Source of the DNA: Paenisporosarcina sp.
Lineage (GTDB): Bacteria; Bacillota; Bacilli; Bacillales_A; Planococcaceae
Reading direction: 5' to 3'
Assembly: GCA_041605715.1 (NCBI GenBank)
Contig: JBFIXW010000002.1
Span: 5,873 to 69,872, forward strand
DNA length: 64,000 nucleotides
Shown: positions 45,854 through 55,293 of the stretch, one piece after another
Layout of the letters: each line of letters opens with the position of its first letter
Position numbering within the stretch: the stretch's first letter is position 1
Made by a program: the position numbers and the translations under genes
Notes under the pieces: generated by a model
What the model was told of the DNA's origin: nothing
Databases searched by the model: none
Seen by the model: only the letters and a program-made list of their open reading frames with translations

Positions 45854-45955
45854 AGTCCGATTTTCTGGATTTTATAGCAATATAGTTTTTTACTTTGTTT
45901 ATTCCACCATTTTTATTAGTCCGTTTTTTCGGAATTAAGTCCGATTTTACGGAAA
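45854..45955. promoter_or_regulatory. three palindromic activator boxes (TCCG-N6-CGGA)
   Basis: AGTCCGATTTTCTGGATT 45854-45871, AGTCCGTTTTTTCGGAAT 45918-45935, AGTCCGATTTTACGGAAA 45938-45955. Confidence 0.7.
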
Positions 45956-45959
45956 TAGG

Positions 45960-47303
45960 TCATAAGTTATATTTTTTTATTTTTTCATAAAGTGTCGATC
46001 TACTTAAGCCTAGACGCTTAGCTACCACTTTTTTATCAGCATCAATTAGCATTGCTTCTTGAATCATTGCTCTTTCAAGTTGTTCAATTGCAGCTTGAAG
46101 ATTACTAGTCTCATTAAACCGATTTGTGCGATATTGTTTAAGTGTGTCTGGCAATGCAGAAGGTTCAATGGTCTCATTATCTGCCAAATAAACAGCAGCT
46201 TGAATAACGTTTTGTAATTCTCGAACATTTCCTGGCCAATGATAGGATTGTAAATAATCTCTTGTTTGACTAGCTAATACAAGTCTACGCTTCCCAGCCT
46301 TTAATATGAATTGCTGTAAAAAAGTATTTGCAAGTTCCGTAAAATCTTCCATTCGCTCACGCAACGGGGGAATGCGTAAAGTAATGGCTTGAATACGATA
46401 ATACAAATCTTCCCTAAACTTCCCTTGCTCGATCAGCGTTTCTAATGGCTTATTTGTTGCAGCTAAAATTCGCACATTTACTCGAATGCTTTGTTGAGCA
46501 CCTAACGGCTCAATTTCTCCCTCTTGAATAGCGCGAAGTAGTTTGGCTTGAACAGTAAGTGGCATTGCTCCTATTTCGTCAATAAAAAGCGTGCCATTGT
46601 CAGCTTGCTCAAAACGGCCTTTGCGATACTGATTTTTTGACTCTGAAAAAGAACCAAAAATTTCTGCCTCAAGTAGTTCAGATGGAATCGCGGCACAATT
46701 AATTTTGACAAACGGCAGATCAGATCGTTCCGAACGTTCATGGATACTTTGAGCAAATAGTTCCTTACCGGTTCCACTTTCTCCTTCTACTAAAACGGAT
46801 AAATCACTTGGGGCAATCATTTGAATCGTTTCTTTAATCGAGCGAATCGCTTGTGAACTTCCTTTAATATCTTCTAATCGGTATGATTTTTGATTAGATT
46901 CATTGGAATTCATCGTGATTTTATCCATTGTGGTACGAACATGAGAACTTAACTTTTTCCAATCGGTCATATCTCGGAAAACCACACTCCCGAAAGCTCC
47001 AACAATCTCTCCGTCTACAATTAGTGGTACACGGTTGGCTAGCATGTACGTGCCTTTAATATAGTGCGGAGAAGCCACATGCGCTTTTCCTGACTTAACT
47101 ACTTCATGCATTTGAGTATTTTCAATGACTTGATCAACCGGTTGACCAATAGCTTTGTCTCTAGAAACTTCTAAGAAACGGCAATAATCTTCATTGATAT
47201 ATAGAATCCGACACTCTTTATCAACCACTACAAACCATTGAAAAGCATTTTCAAGAATTTGAGTCAGTACAGATTCCGGTAATTGTTGAAAAACAGATTT
47301 CAT
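45960..47303 (-). CDS. PAS-AAA+-Fis HTH enhancer-binding-type regulator lacking GAFTGA
   Basis: GESGTGKE, INCAAIP, LFIDEIG, FREDLYYR, WPGNVRELQN, HTH AKRLGLSRSTLYEK. Confidence 0.92.
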   Translation of the reverse strand: MKSVFQQLPESVLTQILENAFQWFVVVDKECRILYINEDYCRFLEVSRDKAIGQPVDQVIENTQMHEVVKSGKAHVASPHYIKGTYMLANRVPLIVDGEIVGAFGSVVFRDMTDWKKLSSHVRTTMDKITMNSNESNQKSYRLEDIKGSSQAIRSIKETIQMIAPSDLSVLVEGESGTGKELFAQSIHERSERSDLPFVKINCAAIPSELLEAEIFGSFSESKNQYRKGRFEQADNGTLFIDEIGAMPLTVQAKLLRAIQEGEIEPLGAQQSIRVNVRILAATNKPLETLIEQGKFREDLYYRIQAITLRIPPLRERMEDFTELANTFLQQFILKAGKRRLVLASQTRDYLQSYHWPGNVRELQNVIQAAVYLADNETIEPSALPDTLKQYRTNRFNETSNLQAAIEQLERAMIQEAMLIDADKKVVAKRLGLSRSTLYEKIKKYNL

Positions 47304-47429
47304 GTTGATTCACCCTACCTCACGATTCGTTCTATTCTATTTTCCCAAAGTATCTGAAAATATGCAAAAAACGAAGAGTCTAAGGAGGACTCTCCGTTAA
47401 AGAATAATTTAAGATTAAGTATGATCCGT

Positions 47430-47551
47430 GATATTCCGGAAATCAGCTACGCTTTCCGCGGGCTAGCACCGAACTAACTCGGACTTAATGTCCGAGTGGA
47501 TTTCGGTCCTTCGCTTATCCAGCTGGAGTCTCCACTGATTTGCTTCATATC
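47430..47551 (+). repeat. dispersed palindromic repeat with variant interior
   Basis: CGCTTTCCGCGGG...CTGGAGTCT ends shared with type A; internal hairpin ACTCGGAC-ttaat-GTCCGAGT. Confidence 0.75.
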
Positions 47552-47636
47552 TTGATATAAAAATAGAGTAATTACTAATAGGAACTTGAAGAAATTATGA
47601 TTCCAGCTTCTTTATCCATAAACTTACATTAAGCAC

Positions 47637-48812
47637 CTAGTCGAGATTCTCCATTTTCTTTAGTGGTCGATCATATATAAGACTAGGAATAATGGCTAAT
47701 GCCATGAATGACGTTAATATTAAGAACATAGCGGTCATTCCATAAAGGTCTACTAGTACGCCCCCAAAGAATGGTCCTAGCATCCTTCCAACCGTGGCTG
47801 TACTATTTACAACTCCTTGATAGAAACCTTCTCTACCTTTTGGCGCTAATTGACTAGCTAATGTTGGCACAGCTGGCCAAACAAACATCTCACCAATAGT
47901 TAGAATAACCATTGACGTAACAAACATTGAAAATGCATCTGCGTAACCTACAACAACAAACGAAATCATCATAATGACAATTCCCAAAACCAATTGAGCC
48001 TTTATACGATGTTCTAAACGCTTCACAATCGGCTGTATGACAGGTTGTGCAGCTAATATTAGTAAACCGTTGATTGTCCATAACAAACTATATTGCTTCA
48101 GTGTAATACCTAACTCTTGAGTATATGTTGCAATGGTTGATTGCCACTGTACATAAACTAACCAACAAATTAGATAGCCACTTGTTACAATTAACAATGC
48201 GTAAAATGGTGCTTTATTTTTAATCTTTTTCCCTTCATTAATAACTGAAGTATGTCTATCAGGTGCTATATTAAATTTCCGATAACCTATTAATGCAATA
48301 AAGAAGAACACGACATACATGCCTAAATTAGCAACAAATATATAGTCAAAACTATAATCGGCTATGATACCAGCTACCGCTGGTCCGATTGCAACACCTA
48401 AGTTTTGTGCAAGGTAAATGGCATTAAATGCTTTACGTCCGCCCTCAGGCCAAGCAGTACCCACCATCGCATACATACTCGGAAAGACAATTCCCCCACT
48501 AAACCCCATGATGGTAAGAAACCAGACATAATGTGGCCAACCGTGCCAGATCGTCAAACCGGTTAAGCCAATAATAGTTATGGTGATTCCTAGCATGATT
48601 GATTTGTAACCACCAATTCTGTCGAATAAATAACCACCGAGTAAATTACCGACGATTCCCGCTCCTGCGTTAGCCATCAATACTAAGCCTGCTACCGATA
48701 AACTTTTCCCTAAATGATCATGCAAATATATTGTATTTAAAGGCCATAAAAATGAATTACCTGTAACATTTACAAGCATTCCAATGATTAGCAGCCAAAC
48801 ACTTTTTGGCAT
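47637..48812 (-). CDS. MFS transporter (YttB-like)
   Basis: ~12 TM, GGYLFDRIGGYKS motif A; MPKSVWLLIIG N-terminus; synteny. Confidence 0.88.
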   Translation of the reverse strand: MPKSVWLLIIGMLVNVTGNSFLWPLNTIYLHDHLGKSLSVAGLVLMANAGAGIVGNLLGGYLFDRIGGYKSIMLGITITIIGLTGLTIWHGWPHYVWFLTIMGFSGGIVFPSMYAMVGTAWPEGGRKAFNAIYLAQNLGVAIGPAVAGIIADYSFDYIFVANLGMYVVFFFIALIGYRKFNIAPDRHTSVINEGKKIKNKAPFYALLIVTSGYLICWLVYVQWQSTIATYTQELGITLKQYSLLWTINGLLILAAQPVIQPIVKRLEHRIKAQLVLGIVIMMISFVVVGYADAFSMFVTSMVILTIGEMFVWPAVPTLASQLAPKGREGFYQGVVNSTATVGRMLGPFFGGVLVDLYGMTAMFLILTSFMALAIIPSLIYDRPLKKMENLD

Positions 48813-48967
48813 CTATCTTCCTCCATTATTTCGAAATCCAAAATAATTGTATTCTATTTAATGAAGGACAACAAGATGTCTTAAAAACAAAGATTATTCC
48901 GAAATTAATAGACTTAAGCTACTCTATGAAATCATGGTAAACTTCTTTTTAAAGGAGTGAAAACCGA

Positions 48968-49525
48968 ATGAGTTTAGAACGAGTTCTTTCCTATTCTAAA
49001 ACCTTGTTACAAAAAGTCGTTTCTGAAGGTGACATGGTGATTGATGGTACTGCAGGAAATGGGCATGATACCCTATTCCTTGCTAAACTAGTTGGGAAAA
49101 CTGGCCATGTCTACGCTTTTGACATACAGCAATCTGCGATTGATTCAACAAAGCAAAAACTTGTAGACTTTAGTAATCAAACATCCGTAATTCTAGACGG
49201 ACATGAACACATATCCAAATATGTAAATCAAGAAATTTCAGCCGCTGTCTTCAATCTCGGGTACTTACCTGGTGCTAGTCATTCCACCATTACTAAACCT
49301 GATACCACTGTCATGGCAATTGAAGCTTGTCTCAATTTACTTAAAGTTGGTGGGATTATCGTTATTGTTGTCTACCATGGTCATGAAGGTGGAGATATCG
49401 AACGTGATGGCCTACTCCAGTATGTAAGTCAACTGCCTCAATCCTCAATTCAAGTCTTAAAATATGAATTTATAAATCAAGTAAATCTTGCGCCGTTTAT
49501 ATTAGCATTAGAAAAAACTAAGTAA
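48968..49525 (+). CDS. ytqB: YtqB/MnmM-like class I SAM-dependent tRNA methyltransferase
   Basis: IDGTAGNGHDT, FDIQ, FNLGYLPG, YHGHEGG. Confidence 0.88.
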   Translation: MSLERVLSYSKTLLQKVVSEGDMVIDGTAGNGHDTLFLAKLVGKTGHVYAFDIQQSAIDSTKQKLVDFSNQTSVILDGHEHISKYVNQEISAAVFNLGYLPGASHSTITKPDTTVMAIEACLNLLKVGGIIVIVVYHGHEGGDIERDGLLQYVSQLPQSSIQVLKYEFINQVNLAPFILALEKTK

Positions 49526-49636
49526 ATATAAAACCTAACGGACTAGCTTTGCTAGATTCCATTAGGTTTTTTTGAATATATCTTCTTCTATATGGAAAAG
49601 CTGAAAATATTATTGCAACATATAAGGAGAATTTGT

Positions 49637-50716
49637 ATGCCCCAAATCCATTCAATTAGTTCATATAAACCACCCTATTCATACTCTCAAAACGACGCCG
49701 CTACATTATTAAAGCATTTATTTACCGATCACTATGCAGACCTTGACAGAATGTTAAAAGTTTTTGAAAACGGTGAAATAGAATCAAGGCAGTTTTGTGT
49801 ACCGATGGAGTGGTTCGAACAGCCACATGATTTAGAAGAACGCAATCGTCTATATATTGAATTAGCAACTTCGTATGGGTCGTTAGCAGTCCATGCTTGT
49901 TTAAACAATTCTATTTTCCTAAAACAACCAATACACCCGTCAGAAATTGACGGAATTTTCTTCATTTCGAGTACTGGATTTTCAACTCCTAGCATTGAAG
50001 CTCGTATTTTAAACCAGTTACCATTTTCGGATTATGTCAAACGAATTCCGATTTGGGGATTGGGATGTGCTGGAGGAGCATCTGGCTTGAGCCGTGCATT
50101 TGAATATTGTCTCGCTTATCCAAAAGCGAAAGTACTTGTTCTATGTGTAGAACTTTGTAGCTTAACATTCCAGCCGAATGACTACACAAAAAGCAATTTG
50201 ATAGGGGCATCATTATTTGCGGATGGAGTTGCCTGTGCATTAGTTTGCGGAGATGAAGTGGAAGTCTCATCGAGTGAGTCTCTACCAAGTTTTGTCGCGA
50301 CCTCTTCTAAAACAATGGCAAATTCTGAAAACGTCATGGGTTGGAATATGAAAAATGATGGTCTGCATGTAGTCTTTTCGAAAAGCATTCCATCTATTAT
50401 TGAAAAGTGGCTAGAACCTTTTGTCACCGAATTTTTAACCGAGCATGAAATCACTGCTGAACAGATTGATCACTTCATTGCCCATCCGGGCGGAAAAAAA
50501 GTGTTAGCAGCGTATGAAAAAGCTTTGGGATTAGATTCGAGCAAAACAAATGTATCAAGAGAAGTGTTAAAGAACCATGGCAATATGTCTTCCCCAACCG
50601 TTTTATATGTGTTAGAAGAATTTATGAAGCAGAAGAAAAGTAGTGGTGATATTGGGTTATTAACCGCATTGGGACCAGGATTCAGTGGCGAATTGGTGCT
50701 ATTAAAATGGGCATAA
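49637..50716 (+). CDS. bpsA: type III polyketide synthase (BpsA/BcsA-like)
   Basis: Triad GLGCAGG, HPGG, HGNMSS; VELCSL, LFADG, ALGPGFS; AAGGAG RBS. Confidence 0.9.
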   Translation: MPQIHSISSYKPPYSYSQNDAATLLKHLFTDHYADLDRMLKVFENGEIESRQFCVPMEWFEQPHDLEERNRLYIELATSYGSLAVHACLNNSIFLKQPIHPSEIDGIFFISSTGFSTPSIEARILNQLPFSDYVKRIPIWGLGCAGGASGLSRAFEYCLAYPKAKVLVLCVELCSLTFQPNDYTKSNLIGASLFADGVACALVCGDEVEVSSSESLPSFVATSSKTMANSENVMGWNMKNDGLHVVFSKSIPSIIEKWLEPFVTEFLTEHEITAEQIDHFIAHPGGKKVLAAYEKALGLDSSKTNVSREVLKNHGNMSSPTVLYVLEEFMKQKKSSGDIGLLTALGPGFSGELVLLKWA

Positions 50717-51243
50717 ATGTACTCGTTTTTTTAGTTATTTTCGGATTTGTCATCATTCAGCGTGTTGTTGAATTGTTTATAGCCAAACGAAATGAAGATT
50801 GGATTAAATCTCAAGGTGGGTATGAAGTGGGAAAACGTCATTATCCATTTATGGTTGCCATGCATGTTGGGTTTTTTATTAGCCTATTACTCGAATTCAC
50901 TTTGTTAAATCGAGGGCTATCTATATTTTTGTTGCCACTTTTCACTGTGTTTGCAGTCACTCAATTAATGAGGATTTGGATACTTTCTTCTTTAGGAAGG
51001 TTTTGGAATACAAAAATCATGATTCTTCCTGGAGCTTCTGTCGTTAAAAAAGGACCTTTTCAATATATGAGACATCCTAATTACACAATTGTTACTCTTG
51101 AACTATTAGTGATTCCATTAATGTTTAATGCGTTTATTACCGCTCTTGTGTTCACCTTTTTAAATCTATACATGTTATCTGTTCGAATACCAGTTGAAGA
51201 AGCAGCACTGTGTGAAGGGACGAATTATAAGGAAGTTTTCTAG
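50707..51243 (+). CDS. bpsB: isoprenylcysteine carboxyl methyltransferase family (BpsB-like)
   Basis: LGRFWNTKI, GPFQYMRHPNY, RIPVEE; overlaps PKS stop. Confidence 0.88.
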   Translation: MGINVLVFLVIFGFVIIQRVVELFIAKRNEDWIKSQGGYEVGKRHYPFMVAMHVGFFISLLLEFTLLNRGLSIFLLPLFTVFAVTQLMRIWILSSLGRFWNTKIMILPGASVVKKGPFQYMRHPNYTIVTLELLVIPLMFNAFITALVFTFLNLYMLSVRIPVEEAALCEGTNYKEVF

Positions 51244-51284
51244 AAATGATTAGTCATGTAAAATGTTAATGTTATTCCGTTAAA

Positions 51285-51463
51285 CAGCTGCGCTTTCCGC
51301 GGGCACAATTTCAGCCGCTTCCCTCGCGAAGCTCAGTCCAGGGTCTTCAGTTCGTGCTGATTCCGCAGGAGTCGCCGTCTCCATTCCAATCAGTTGAAGA
51401 TAAAATAGTGGTCGGCTATTTATGAAGACTCCCGCGGAAAGCGAAAGAAATAGCCGTCCACAT
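51285..51463 (+). repeat. type A repeat followed by internally deleted type B repeat
   Basis: 51291-51392 matches 11161-11261; 51408-51463 GTGGTCGGCTATTT..AAGACTCCCGCGGAAAGCGAAAGAAATAGCCGTCCAC is B ends joined. Confidence 0.85.
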
Positions 51464-51532
51464 TCATTATCATTTCATTTTGTTGTCTTAATTCTGAGAG
51501 TGGCATATTGTGCTACTCGTTTTTCATTTACA

Positions 51533-53119
51533 CTAGTTCTTACTTGAAAACATAACTTCCCCAGCAACAATCGTTTTTGCAACATTTGCTTCCAAAAGTT
51601 GTTCTTCAGTTCCTTCAAACAAGTCTCGGTCAAAAACAGTGAAGTCTGCATCGTAACTGACATCGATTTTGCCACGAGACAATTCTTTTCCAATAGCATA
51701 TGCACTTCCAGTCGTATATAACGATATGGCTTCAAATCGAGTTAATTTTTCCTCTGGTAAATAGCCGTCATGTGTCTCACCCGGGTTTCTTCTTGCCACT
51801 GCCGCATACATGCCAAGTCTTGGATCAACCGTTTCAATCGGTGAATCTGAACCACCACTACACACAATCCCTCGATCGGTTAATTTTCTCCAAGCATATG
51901 CCCATGTCAAGCGTTCTTCTCCTAATCTTTCCTTCACCCAAGGAAAATCGGAAGTTACAAAACTCGGTTGGATGTCTAACACGACATCTAATTTTTCAAT
52001 TCTACTCACCAGATTTTCATTGAGCACGTTCGCGTGAATCAGTCGGTCACGTTTGCCTTTTGGTACTGGATGTAATTCGATAGCTTCCACAATCATTTCC
52101 ATTCCAAGATCACCAATCGCATGAACTGCTATAGCTTCACCGTGAAATCTAGCTTTCGCAACCAATGCATTCAGTTCTTGTTGTGAGTGGATGTTGACCC
52201 CTTGTGTGGACTGATCATCCGCATAAGGTTTTGTCAGTAAAGCCGTTCGTCCACCAAGTGCTCCATCGATAAATATCTTCATCGCACCTGGCTCAATCCA
52301 TGGTTCACTATACGATGCATTTTGAATCATCTCATCAAAAACCAAGTGATGTCTCAACAAATGGATTCGGAACTTTTTATGTTCACCGAATGTTTGTTTA
52401 AATGCTTCCAGTGGTTTTGAGTAATCTCCATAGTAACTCATGTCTTCCGTATGAACACCAGTAAATCCTAAAGATAGTAAATCTTCAGCTGCCATTTCTA
52501 GCGAAGTTCTTAATTGATCAACACTGACTTCAGGAATTTGTTTTAGAATCAGTGACTGTGCCCCATCCATTAAATACCCTGTAGGTTCTCCGAATTCATC
52601 CCGCACAATTACGCCGTCACTTGGGTCGGGTGTGTCTTTAGAAATTCCTGCGATTTCAAGTGCTCTCGAATTCACAATCATAGCATGGCGACAAATGCGT
52701 TTTAAAACAAGTGGAGAAGTGGTAATTTCGTCTAATTCCGTTCGATGAAGAATTTTTTTATTCGGAAAATTGTTTTCATTCCATCCCTCAGCGACAATCC
52801 ATTCATGCCGATTCCGCTGTTCAAACAAAATTTTCAAATGTTCCTTCATGGTCTCAGCAGATTCAAAAAGGGACAAATCGATATAGCGTAATTTATCTCC
52901 ATGTCCGATTAAGTGAATATGACTATCCACGAATCCCGGATAGACATAAGTCCCTTTTAAATCTAATTGATTGGCTGTTTCGTTTTTAAGTTTTTCATAG
53001 TTGCCCAATTGAAGGATTTTCCCATCTTCAATTAAGACCGCTTCAACGTGGTCGCCAAGACTTTTCAATGTATAGAATTTTGCATTATGTAAAAGTTGTT
53101 TCATTTTATTCACATCCAA
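51533..53119 (-). CDS. amidohydrolase 3 family (YtcJ-like); start probably ATG 53104
   Basis: PGFVDSHIH, KIFIDGALG, VHAIGD, RLIHA, GSDSP. Confidence 0.9.
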   Translation of the reverse strand: MDVNKMKQLLHNAKFYTLKSLGDHVEAVLIEDGKILQLGNYEKLKNETANQLDLKGTYVYPGFVDSHIHLIGHGDKLRYIDLSLFESAETMKEHLKILFEQRNRHEWIVAEGWNENNFPNKKILHRTELDEITTSPLVLKRICRHAMIVNSRALEIAGISKDTPDPSDGVIVRDEFGEPTGYLMDGAQSLILKQIPEVSVDQLRTSLEMAAEDLLSLGFTGVHTEDMSYYGDYSKPLEAFKQTFGEHKKFRIHLLRHHLVFDEMIQNASYSEPWIEPGAMKIFIDGALGGRTALLTKPYADDQSTQGVNIHSQQELNALVAKARFHGEAIAVHAIGDLGMEMIVEAIELHPVPKGKRDRLIHANVLNENLVSRIEKLDVVLDIQPSFVTSDFPWVKERLGEERLTWAYAWRKLTDRGIVCSGGSDSPIETVDPRLGMYAAVARRNPGETHDGYLPEEKLTRFEAISLYTTGSAYAIGKELSRGKIDVSYDADFTVFDRDLFEGTEEQLLEANVAKTIVAGEVMFSSKN

Positions 53120-53187
53120 AAGTTGATTTTGTAACAGTGTAAATGAAAAACCGATCTTTTCACAATGGAAAAGACCGGTTTGTTAAT

Positions 53188-54504
53188 TTACTTTTGTTCT
53201 TGAGCTGCTAATTCAACAGCTCGAGCAACCACTTGGTGGACAGAAGGATCTAACGGATTCGGAATTAAATCCCCTGGTTTTGTGTGATTGAAAATTGCTT
53301 GAGCCGCTGCCACTAGCATTGGGTACGTAATTTCGCTAGCCCCTGCGTCTAGTGCCCCTCTGAAAATACCTGGGAAACCGATTGCATTGTTAACAAGACG
53401 ACCATCTGCAGCATAAGCAGCTCCTGCCGCTAATGCATCTTCAGGCGTGATTTCAGGATTTGGATTCGACAACGCTAAAATGATTTGCCCAGGGCGAACC
53501 ATACTCGGTTTAATTAGACCGGCTACTCCAGTTGTAGCCACTACGATATCACAAGTTGCCATAATTTCTTCCAATGAAGAAAGTGTTTGACCACCATAAC
53601 TAATAAGTCGATCTAAAGCTTCTTGCTGACGATCGATACCGTAAACATTATCAACACCATAAGCCATAAGCATACGACATATTGCTAGACCTGCTGCACC
53701 TAATCCAATTTGTCCGATAACCGCCTCCTTAGGGTCCACTCCAGTTGCACGACAAGCAGATAATACCGAAGCAAGTGCTACTACCGCCGTTCCATGCTGA
53801 TCATCGTGCATAACTGGAATCGGCAATTCCTTCTTCAAGCGTTCTTCAATTTCAAAGCAATGTGGAGAACCAATATCTTCAAGCAAGATGGCACCAAACC
53901 CTTGATGAATATGTTTAACTGTTTCAACCACAGAATCAATATCACTCGTATCAAGTAAGATTGGAATTCCACTAATTCCTGCAAATTGATCAAATAAAAC
54001 AGCTTTCCCTTCCATTACAGGCATCCCAGCAACAGGACCAATATTACCAAGTCCTAGTATCGCCGTTCCGTCTGTAACGATCGCAACTGTGTTACCGATA
54101 CTTGTAAAATAGCGTGCTTTATCTGGGTCTTCTTGAATGTCTAAACAAACACTCGCTACACCCGGTGTATAAATCCGACGAAGATCCCCTAAAGAGCGTA
54201 CATCAATACGACTCTTCATGTGAATTTTTCCGCCTTCATGTGCTTTTAATACATCATCCGTTACTGCATGAATATGAACATCTTCACTAATCGCTCGAAC
54301 ATTTTCAATTACTTGATCTAACTGTTCAAGATTTTCACACTTAACACTAATATCACGAATCGTAGACAGCGTGCCATCCTTGATAATTGTAATATCTCCT
54401 ATATCTCCGCCCGCTCCCCCGATTGCAGTTGCCACTTTCGCAAAGTTCCCTGGTTTTGACGGTGTTTCCACGATTAACGTACGAATAATTTCTTGTAATG
54501 CCAT
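53188..54504 (-). CDS. NAD(P)-dependent malic enzyme with N-terminal ACT domain
   Basis: ACT-like SKPGNFAKV; [43 protein letters not shown]. Confidence 0.92.
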   Translation of the reverse strand: MALQEIIRTLIVETPSKPGNFAKVATAIGGAGGDIGDITIIKDGTLSTIRDISVKCENLEQLDQVIENVRAISEDVHIHAVTDDVLKAHEGGKIHMKSRIDVRSLGDLRRIYTPGVASVCLDIQEDPDKARYFTSIGNTVAIVTDGTAILGLGNIGPVAGMPVMEGKAVLFDQFAGISGIPILLDTSDIDSVVETVKHIHQGFGAILLEDIGSPHCFEIEERLKKELPIPVMHDDQHGTAVVALASVLSACRATGVDPKEAVIGQIGLGAAGLAICRMLMAYGVDNVYGIDRQQEALDRLISYGGQTLSSLEEIMATCDIVVATTGVAGLIKPSMVRPGQIILALSNPNPEITPEDALAAGAAYAADGRLVNNAIGFPGIFRGALDAGASEITYPMLVAAAQAIFNHTKPGDLIPNPLDPSVHQVVARAVELAAQEQK

Positions 54505-54651
54505 AATATCCTCCTATTTTTTCAACGCATATATGCTAGAAAAAGTCATTCGTCCATTATAGCAAATTTTTAGGGAGATTATTAGTAGTATGCAAATAAA
54601 TATAAAAAAGACTCCTATATTGGAGCCTTTTTCCATAATTTTTGACTATCG

Positions 54652-55293
54652 TTAATTAATTACATACTTTGCTAATCCTTTAGCATTGGCATATAATGCT
54701 GCATGTGTACGGTCTGCCAGTCCTAATTTAGCAAAGACTTGACTCACATGTTTTTTTACAGTAAATTCTGTAATAAATAAGGTTTGAGAAATCTCTTTAT
54801 TCGAATGTCCCAATCCAAGTTTAATTAATACTTCTTTCTCTTTAGGTGTTAGTTGCTCAAATGGCCCATCAACTTCCCTAGATTCGTTCGTATTCATCAC
54901 CAGATCAAGTATTCCAGTATCATAATATTTTCGGCCTCTACTAATAATCTGCAATGCATTAATTAGTTCTTCAGGTAATGCTTCTTTTAATACATAACCT
55001 TCGACACCAATTTGTTTCGCTAATCTAAAGTCCTCTTCCTCCATTGAAGAAGTCAAAATGACGAATTTACAAGTTACTCCTTGTCTAAAAGCGTCAGATA
55101 TTAAATCTAGACCCGACTCTTCACCTAAGCGAAGGTCAACAAGTGCAATATCTGGTTTTGAAACCTTAAAAAGATTCATTGCTTCTTTTTTATTGGTTGC
55201 TTCACCAAGAATCTCAATTGATTCGTCTAAGGAAAGAATGGATATTAAACCTCTTCTAACTAATGGATGATCGTCAACAATTACTAGTTTCAT
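54652..55293 (-). CDS. NarL/LuxR family response regulator
   Basis: VDDHPLVR, LVDLRL phospho-Asp, YVLK, LTPKEKEV...TVKKHVS HTH. Confidence 0.95.
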   Translation of the reverse strand: MKLVIVDDHPLVRRGLISILSLDESIEILGEATNKKEAMNLFKVSKPDIALVDLRLGEESGLDLISDAFRQGVTCKFVILTSSMEEEDFRLAKQIGVEGYVLKEALPEELINALQIISRGRKYYDTGILDLVMNTNESREVDGPFEQLTPKEKEVLIKLGLGHSNKEISQTLFITEFTVKKHVSQVFAKLGLADRTHAALYANAKGLAKYVIN

